Source: a virus (taxonomy: Duplodnaviria; Caudoviricetes). From it: a DNA stretch of 61,104 bases. How positions within the stretch are numbered: position 1 is the stretch's first letter; the number at the start of each line of letters is the position of its first letter. Below, in pieces: positions 18,314 to 25,429 of the stretch. The position numbers and the translations under genes were made by a program. The stretch is taken from the IMG/VR virus record IMGVR_UViG_3300030118_005363, positions 1 through 61,104 of that record; one strand, given 5' to 3'. The notes under the pieces are model-generated. The model ran no database searches and was not told the origin of the DNA. It saw nothing but the letters and a program-made list of their open reading frames with translations.

Positions 18314-18333
18314 GGTTCAGGATATAAACCCCC
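18314..18333 (-). promoter_or_regulatory. Early-type promoter GGGGGTTTATATCCTGAACC
   Basis: Conserved motif. Confidence 0.75.
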
Positions 18334-18339
18334 AACATC

Positions 18340-19880
18340 AGACCGAAAAACCGTTGCACTGAAAGCCAATAGGCTCGCAGTGTGCCTCGATGCAAGAAGG
18401 GGTTTGATTGATATATTATATCTTGACGCACCACGGTTTTGATTTTTGCTCGGCGCATTTTCAAAACAGGCTCGCAGTCCATCGTTTTTGATGCAGTGCA
18501 ACGATTTCAAAAGGTGTCGGCTCAAAGTCGGCGCAGACCGAAAATTAATAGCGGCGCAGTCTATCATTCAGAAATTGCGCAGGCTTTCAGTATAACGGTT
18601 TTGTCAAACAGCCTTGCAGTCTATCGTTTAGACTAAGGCGCAGATTTTGAACAGGCTTTCAGTATAGCGTTTTTCTCTTATAGATTCTGAAAATGGCCGG
18701 ACTCAAGGCCGGACAGAAAAACGGCCAAAACAGGCTTTCAGTCCATCATTTAGAGTCAAAGGCGCAGAATTATTAATCGGCTCGCAGTCTATCGTTTAGC
18801 CATTTTTGTGATTTCTGAAAATCCTAAACGGCGCACTGCAAAGGTGTAGTTTCTGCACCGATGGCAAAATAGCGGCGCAGTCTATCGTTTAGGTCTTTTC
18901 ATCCGATTTCAAGACCATTTGCCAAAGTCCGAAAACCGGAAATTTACGGCGCAGGCTTTCAGTCCATCGTTTAGAATCCGTAAAAGGGTCACTGCTCTAC
19001 ACTGCAACCATTGGTTAAGTAGCGGCGATGAGCCAAAATGAGGGCAGGCTCGCAGTATATCGTTTATGTCCGGTAAATGTCAAGCCGGTAGGGGTCATCG
19101 GTCACGCAGTCCATCGAATACGGCGCAGTGCATCGAATAGGGTTTTGAGCAAAAGGCTCGGCGGCTTCGCAGTCCATCGTTCAGAGGGCTTTTTTTCAAC
19201 CCATTTACCGGAAACCGGAAACTCAAACAGAAAACGCAGTCCATCGGTTTTGCTCGGAAATTTTCAGAACGGCGCAAATCAATGATGCAACAAGGCGAGA
19301 TATGAACACTGCGAGCCTGTTTTTCGGCGCAAAAATCCATCAGACAAAATCAAAACCGTTGCACTGAAAAAGTGAGAATTGGTTCATTTTGCTCATTTTG
19401 CTCAATTTCCATAAATGCGCAGTTTGAAACCGTATTCCGGTAAATAGGGCATTGATATTTGAAATAATATGTTCACAATCAAGAACGGTAGGCTCGCAGT
19501 CTATCGGTTTGAGGTCACTGGAAACCTGTTGCTCAATGTCTGATAATTTGAAAAATGGCTTGCAGTATAACGGTTATGGGGTCGGTAGGCTCGCAGTCAA
19601 GCGTTTAGACAATCGGCGCAAAAACTCCAACCATAACAAATATCAACAAATTTCCGTCACAAAATGATTCTATGTTAATCGGTTAAGGTTGCCCTAAATT
19701 TTTTATTTTGCGCAGAATAGTGGGGGGATAGGCTCGCAGTGCCACATTCAGAAAAAAAATATGGCCGATTTTTTAGTGCCATTATGCTCAAATTAATAGT
19801 AAATCGTTAATTGTTATTAAATGCGCATTCAGAAATCATTCGGCGCAGACCAAAACAGGCTTGCAGTGCAACGGTTTTGA
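18340..19880. repeat. Array of about 25 degenerate GGCTYKCAGTNYANCGKTT motifs in a gene-free region
   Basis: For example AGGCTCGCAGTCCATCGTTTT (18468), AGGCTTTCAGTATAACGGTTTT (18581), AGGCTTTCAGTCCATCGTTTAG (18953), AGGCTTGCAGTGCAACGGTTTT (19857); a few are inverted (~18346, ~19305, ~19353). Confidence 0.9.
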
Positions 19881-20002
19881 AAAATCAAACGGTCAAAAAA
19901 TAGTGCGCAATAATGCGCCAAAAACTGCGCATACTGGCGGCGGCACACACGCCAACCACCGCAAAAAATTATCCGTATTTTTTTCAAATTGGGCTTATAA
20001 AC

Positions 20003-21505
20003 CTAAAAAAACGGCACAAACCGTTTATTTCTTGTAATTCTTTTAGATTTTTTACCCGCAGACCACTTTGACGCATCTAATGACCCTCCAACGACTGCTA
20101 AACCAGTGTTTTGAGCCGATTTTACTTGGTCTATGGCATGTGCAAGTGCCATTACAGTGTCATTATGCTTGCCTTTGTCTGTTATGTCGCCGTTTTTCCA
20201 TACATGCGACTCTAACTCGTCAAGTAGTATGCTCATAACACGCCTTGTTTCATCGTTGCCGTATGGTATAATGACTTTTTCTTGTTCAAACCACACTCTA
20301 AGACGATTTAACAATCCTTGCTTCAAAGTTTTGTTAGATACCTTGCTCATTTGCAAATTTAGAGTAAGACCCTTTTGGTTGATTAGTGATTGATACAAAG
20401 ATTGGAAACCTGCGCTTTCAAATGCAAATACTGGGTGCTTGTATGCGTCATCAAAGTCTTTAATTACTTTAATTTGTTTAGCAGGCGGGAAATCATTGCG
20501 TCGCCACATATTTACAATATGAACATTGCCGTCTTTGTCTTGCCTAAGCACAATTGCAACAGTATAGTCTTGTCCGATACCATGTGAAGGGTCAAATCCA
20601 ACAATGTAATCGCCGTCATGTAGTTTTTGTTTTTGCAATATTCTATCCATGTCAAGATTTTTGCGAGTAAGTGTTTGTGGAAATACTGCGCTATCATCAT
20701 CAACAACCATACAAAGATACTCTTGCGCAAATGCTAACTCACCAATAGCCTCTCTTTGTTCAAGTAAAAACTCAAGAGGGCGTTCATCAGCCCAAAGACA
20801 AACAGGTTTTACATTGTCGGGGTCATTGCGCCATTCATCATAATTAACAATTGCACCTTTCTGCCATGTTTCCCATGCGTCATTACCTAACATTTCAGTA
20901 TGGTAAAGGTCATTCATACTCATAGGTGTGCCAACACAAAACAAACTGGTCTTAGGTGATAGCATAGGTGTAAGTTTTTTTCTAAACCATTGCTGATATA
21001 CTTCATAGGACATATCATTTTGGTCGTCAATAATATCATCAAGAGCAATTGCGGCGGGGTGTTCACCACGAATACCCGAACCAACCGATGTAGCCTTAAT
21101 CCATGCCCCATTTGTCAAACGCAATTCAAATCTGTTGCCTTTTGTCAAATCAACCTTTTTAGATAATTCGGGGTGTCTTTTTAAATCTTGGCGTATTTCT
21201 TCTAAACGATTCATTGCAAGGTCTTTATTTGCAGAAAATAACCAAATAGTGAAAGGTTTGCCTCGCCACTTTTCAAAAAGTAGCATGTGTAATAACTTTA
21301 CACGAAGCGTTGTGGACTTAGAGTGGTCACGAGGCGCAATAATACAAACACGGTGAACTTGTTTTCCTTCATTGTTTCCATACAAGTCAAGCCATTCTTG
21401 AATATGGTTGCCCCATTTGTAACCTAACCATTCATAAAAATGGCGTATATCATAACGACTACGCTCAAGATGAAAGGTTGTCATTAAACGAACCATCGTC
21501 ACCAC
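20003..21505 (-). CDS. terL: Terminase large subunit
   Basis: APRDHSKST (Walker A), IRGEHPAAIALDD (Walker B), VGTP, nuclease motifs GFDPSHGIGQDY and HNDTVMALA. Confidence 0.92.
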   Translation of the reverse strand: MVTMVRLMTTFHLERSRYDIRHFYEWLGYKWGNHIQEWLDLYGNNEGKQVHRVCIIAPRDHSKSTTLRVKLLHMLLFEKWRGKPFTIWLFSANKDLAMNRLEEIRQDLKRHPELSKKVDLTKGNRFELRLTNGAWIKATSVGSGIRGEHPAAIALDDIIDDQNDMSYEVYQQWFRKKLTPMLSPKTSLFCVGTPMSMNDLYHTEMLGNDAWETWQKGAIVNYDEWRNDPDNVKPVCLWADERPLEFLLEQREAIGELAFAQEYLCMVVDDDSAVFPQTLTRKNLDMDRILQKQKLHDGDYIVGFDPSHGIGQDYTVAIVLRQDKDGNVHIVNMWRRNDFPPAKQIKVIKDFDDAYKHPVFAFESAGFQSLYQSLINQKGLTLNLQMSKVSNKTLKQGLLNRLRVWFEQEKVIIPYGNDETRRVMSILLDELESHVWKNGDITDKGKHNDTVMALAHAIDQVKSAQNTGLAVVGGSLDASKWSAGKKSKRITRNKRFVPFF

Positions 21506-21698
21506 TCCTATGAAAAATCGGGAAGCCGCAATACTCGGCTAAAGCATAGGCTAATGACTCGACTTCATTTCTGTCAAGCATTATACCTACAACCATTTCT
21601 TCTGAAAATAAATTAATAGCAATATAATCTTCGCCCATGTCAGCGATACGCAATTGTCTATCGGGGCTAATCCATATAGGCATCTGCATTCCTTCCAT
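21465..21698 (-). CDS. Small hypothetical protein
   Basis: Overlaps both neighbours in the operon. Confidence 0.55.
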   Translation of the reverse strand: MEGMQMPIWISPDRQLRIADMGEDYIAINLFSEEMVVGIMLDRNEVESLAYALAEYCGFPIFHRSGDDGSFNDNLSS

Positions 21699-22890
21699 TT
21701 AACGAGTTAAGTAGTCTTAGTCCATGTCGTAAGTCTGTAAATGCCTGTATATCTCTTGTTTCTGAATCAAGAATAACCATAGGTGATGTTGGGCGTTCTC
21801 TTGGGAATCCACACATTTCACCAAAACTGTCAATAGTTTTATATGCGCCGGGTCTAATAGACCAACGCTCAACCGCATGACGAGTAAATGGAACAACAGA
21901 TGGTGTATGATGATGGCCTATTACCCCAATATCAAAATCACACTCTCCATCATCCCACATTTTCTTAATTACACGGCTTGGGTCAAGATTTGAGTTACCC
22001 CTTCGCTTATGTCTAATTGACAAATGATAAGGAATATTACCATGAATAACTTTGAGGTTTAACTCATACGGATGATACAAAACTCCCCTGTCTTGAGCAA
22101 GACGCTTTAGTGGGTCATAATCTGTTGCGCCCGCAGTCCAAAGGTCATGATTCCCCGCAACAATAGCCATAAGTGAAGTAGGAGTCATGTTAATGTAATG
22201 TTCACATAACTGCCACTGGATAGAAGGCGGAATTGGTGCTTTCATTGCAGGTCGGGGCTTGTCAATCATAAAGTTATCAATATAGTCACCTGCATGTATA
22301 ACATAGCAATCGGGGTGTGCTTCTATTTGTTCTGTGTCACGGCGTAACCTTTCATGGTCACAAAAGGGATTACCTATGTGTTGGTCACTTTGAAATGCAA
22401 TACCAATATAGCGAGCAGGGTTTTTCATGTGGAAAACCGCCCAACGAGCATCTTCGTTAGCAAGAATAGCGGCTTTTGACCGTTCTTCAATAGCACCCCA
22501 AAGACTTTCACCTGTTGATGCAGACTTTTTTAGATGCTCAACAATAAAATGTGGTGTTTCTGTTTGTTTAACTGCTTCACGCTCATACGCACGCCTAACT
22601 CTATTTTCCCAACCAACCTTTGATATTTCGGGAAATCGTTTTGCCATAATCATTGCTAACTGATTCATGTTACCATCAAACTCTAAAGGTATTTGTGCAT
22701 TATAGTCAATAATTTCAATTGTTGGAAATATATCGGGTTCATGTTGCTTTAGCATACGCAAACGCCAACGGTGTGCTTCTGCATCTATTTCAGACATAAC
22801 AGTAGCCATGTGTCTTGCAAATTTAGCCATATTACCATCATAGTGAGAAATTTCTGCTCGGACTGTATCTATGTAGTCATCATTGCTCAT
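21667..22890 (-). CDS. Calcineurin-like metallophosphoesterase with N-terminal tandem helical repeats
   Basis: SDQHIG, AGDYIDN, GNHD, GHHH motifs. Confidence 0.85.
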   Translation of the reverse strand: MSNDDYIDTVRAEISHYDGNMAKFARHMATVMSEIDAEAHRWRLRMLKQHEPDIFPTIEIIDYNAQIPLEFDGNMNQLAMIMAKRFPEISKVGWENRVRRAYEREAVKQTETPHFIVEHLKKSASTGESLWGAIEERSKAAILANEDARWAVFHMKNPARYIGIAFQSDQHIGNPFCDHERLRRDTEQIEAHPDCYVIHAGDYIDNFMIDKPRPAMKAPIPPSIQWQLCEHYINMTPTSLMAIVAGNHDLWTAGATDYDPLKRLAQDRGVLYHPYELNLKVIHGNIPYHLSIRHKRRGNSNLDPSRVIKKMWDDGECDFDIGVIGHHHTPSVVPFTRHAVERWSIRPGAYKTIDSFGEMCGFPRERPTSPMVILDSETRDIQAFTDLRHGLRLLNSLNGRNADAYMD

Positions 22891-22949
22891 GGTTTGTGCT
22901 TGTGTATATTAACACTTAAATGCTTGGTATAATTAATTCTTTTTTACTT

Positions 22950-23095
22950 ATAGAAAAAATTAAGAAAAAATAAACCGTGTTACTGAAAGCCTGTTGTTGT
23001 TATTATTTTATTTGTTCTTAGATATTTAGAATAAAAGGCGCATTATTCTGTAAGAATAATTTTTACATACCTAAAGAATAAAAAAAAGAATAAAC
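22950..23095 (+). repeat. AT-rich element, inverted homologue of 6730-6865, in the divergent packaging/portal intergenic region
   Basis: Same blocks as 6730-6865; contains the array motif on the minus strand (GGCTTTCAGTAACACGGTTT). Confidence 0.8.
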
Positions 23096-23318
23096 AGAAA
23101 TCGTAATACTCAAGCCCATTTATTTTTTCTCAATTTTTTCTTTCGCCTTGAAAGAATAAATAATGCGACTAAAATCCACCAAATTATTTCAATAACTACT
23201 AAAACAACGCCGCCTTTTGTTACAGCCGCCGGAATATCCATAAATCACACAGTCTTTGTCTGACTTTTTATTCTTTTTCGGGCATACCTTGATAAAGCAA
23301 ACCTTCATAACACACAAC

Positions 23319-24731
23319 ATGGCTCGGATTCCTTTCTTTGGTGAAATCGGAAAAAAGAAAAAAACCGATGAACCAAAAGCAGTTACATTCACAAATGATG
23401 AAATGCGATACAATGTCGGACACCGTTCACCATTTCAAATGATTGCAGGTTTGAGCGACATAGTAAATGAAACAAACAAACTGCGTGATGACTCAAATTT
23501 TAACAATGATTTTTACTTATTTGATGAAATGCTAAAACTTGACCCCGAATTGAACGGCGCAGTGCGTGCAGTATCTTTAACTGCTAATAATTATACAATA
23601 AATTGGCGTTCTGCAAAAAATGCTCGCATACGCAACGCCCTGCAAGGCTTGATTAATAATATTGACTTTGACGACATACTAATCAATTCTATGCGCAACC
23701 TTATGGTTTATGGAAATGATGTAAATAAATTGGTTGGAACAAGCCGTGAAGGTATAACTGATGTGCAAAACTTGCCTGTTGCGCAAATAACAATACTTGA
23801 TGACAGAAATAGAACTGCAACCGCAGATGAAAATACACCTGTTATAGCGGCACAAAGATATTTTTTGCGTGAAGGCGAAACAACCATGCAAGAGTTTCCC
23901 GCAGATGAAATTCTTCATGTGCGCATGGATTATAGAAGCAATTGGTTCACCGACAATGAAAACCGTGTAACCTATGGTCTTTGGGGTTCTTCTCGATTTA
24001 CTGCTTTGAAACAGGCTATCAGAGCAAAGTATAACAGTATGAATAACAGAATTGCACTTGAAGATGCAATGACAAAGCAATATATTACAATTGATATGGA
24101 AGCGGTCAAGCACATACAAAATCCCGATGAGCAAAGAGAGCGTTTGCTTTTCATAATGAATCAAGTAATTAGCACAATGGAGTCCTTGAGAGGCGACCAA
24201 GTGCCTATTTTTCCCGACTATGTAAAAATACAACACATAGACCAAAGAACTGCGTTGCCCGACAGTGGCGCATTCCTTGATAATGTAAATGCAGACATTG
24301 CCGCAGTATTACAAGTGCCACGAACTGCCGCAGGTCAAGAGAAGGGTAGCACTTTTGCGGCATCATATACTGCAAACCTTTGGGCGAGCAATGCAATAAG
24401 ACGCATACAAAGCATTCTAAAACAATCAGTAATGGAGTTATTTTCTGCGCACTTGAATTTGTTAAAGATAAATCATGTAAAGTCAGACTTGCCGGACTTA
24501 ATCTTTGAGCCTGTTGATGAAGAAACACGACTTGACAAAATGCGCAGGGCATCTTTAGGTTACTCTAACGGAGTTTTGTCATTGAATCAAGCCCTTGAGA
24601 TTGTAGCATTACCTATTGAAGAAGGTGGCGATGTGCGCAAAGACGCACCAGTAAGCACTGAAACGCCCGAAGAAGAACCTGTTGAGGAAAGAGATGAAGA
24701 TGAGGACATGCCAAGAGAAGGTGAAATGTAG
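23319..24731 (+). CDS. Portal protein
   Basis: First gene of the structural operon; DPELNGAV, LMVYGND, DEILHVR, IAAVLQVP patterns; about 470 aa. Confidence 0.8.
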   Translation: MARIPFFGEIGKKKKTDEPKAVTFTNDEMRYNVGHRSPFQMIAGLSDIVNETNKLRDDSNFNNDFYLFDEMLKLDPELNGAVRAVSLTANNYTINWRSAKNARIRNALQGLINNIDFDDILINSMRNLMVYGNDVNKLVGTSREGITDVQNLPVAQITILDDRNRTATADENTPVIAAQRYFLREGETTMQEFPADEILHVRMDYRSNWFTDNENRVTYGLWGSSRFTALKQAIRAKYNSMNNRIALEDAMTKQYITIDMEAVKHIQNPDEQRERLLFIMNQVISTMESLRGDQVPIFPDYVKIQHIDQRTALPDSGAFLDNVNADIAAVLQVPRTAAGQEKGSTFAASYTANLWASNAIRRIQSILKQSVMELFSAHLNLLKINHVKSDLPDLIFEPVDEETRLDKMRRASLGYSNGVLSLNQALEIVALPIEEGGDVRKDAPVSTETPEEEPVEERDEDEDMPREGEM

Positions 24732-24976
24732 TGTCGGATGATGTTTTAGAATTTAGAGTTGAAAGTCTTGAAGAAGATGTAAAAGACTTGAAAGCCCTTT
24801 CTGCGCAGATAGTAAAGGCGCAAACTAAAACAGACCAAAGACTTGCCGGACTTGAAGGTGAACTGCGCATACAAAATGAAGTTTTACAACAAGGCTTTGA
24901 TTTATTGAAAAAAGTCATAATGGCAGGCATTGGAGTAATTAGTATTGTTATAACTGGTTCTTCTGTAATGATTTAA
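24731..24976 (+). CDS. Coiled-coil protein with C-terminal TM segment
   Basis: Heptads followed by VIMAGIGVISIVITG. Confidence 0.65.
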   Translation: MSDDVLEFRVESLEEDVKDLKALSAQIVKAQTKTDQRLAGLEGELRIQNEVLQQGFDLLKKVIMAGIGVISIVITGSSVMI

Positions 24977-25014
24977 CAATATCATTAAAAAACACAACAT
25001 TACTCGTTTTACAC

Positions 25015-25425
25015 ATGGGTAGCGGTAAAGCAACATCATTCAATGACCGCATGATAAAGCGCACAGTAATACCTGCTATTTATCTTTGGCTTCTTGCTTG
25101 CGGCGCAGTAGTTGGTATGGGTATATGGAAACCCGATGTAGTTTTGATGAATCTTGATGGTTTTATTGCTTTGATTGCAATTATTGGTGGAACTGCCGCA
25201 CCTGCACTACAAACTGTTTTGCGTATGTGGGAATCAGAACAAACTCAAGAAGTTGATAATATTCCTACTGAACTAAAACACAAAAGAGAATTAGCATCAG
25301 AAATGGAAAAGCATAAAATGGAGTTAGAAAAACTTGCTCAAGAGCATGAACAAAAAATACAAACACTTGAACAAGCACACCAACATGCAATATGCAGTAA
25401 GCCAAAATCAAAGAAAGGGGCATGA
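25015..25425 (+). CDS. Two-TM membrane protein (holin-like candidate)
   Basis: Two hydrophobic helices and a charged C-terminal tail. Confidence 0.6.
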   Translation: MGSGKATSFNDRMIKRTVIPAIYLWLLACGAVVGMGIWKPDVVLMNLDGFIALIAIIGGTAAPALQTVLRMWESEQTQEVDNIPTELKHKRELASEMEKHKMELEKLAQEHEQKIQTLEQAHQHAICSKPKSKKGA

Positions 25426-25429
25426 TTAA

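Noticed and set aside
18289-18567. N-terminal 93 aa of the 763-aa ORF-track protein
   Set aside because: Runs through the promoter and repeat array; the RBS and promoter support a start at 18288.
18294-19667. Short ORFs in the array (18294, 18439, 19028, 19095, 19452)
   Set aside because: Translations merely echo the DNA repeat (LAVYRL, SQSI) and lack expression signals.
18340-19880. CRISPR or mini-CRISPR array
   Set aside because: Repeats are short, degenerate, non-palindromic, in both orientations and irregularly spaced; the Cas4-like gene is a stand-alone replication-cluster nuclease.
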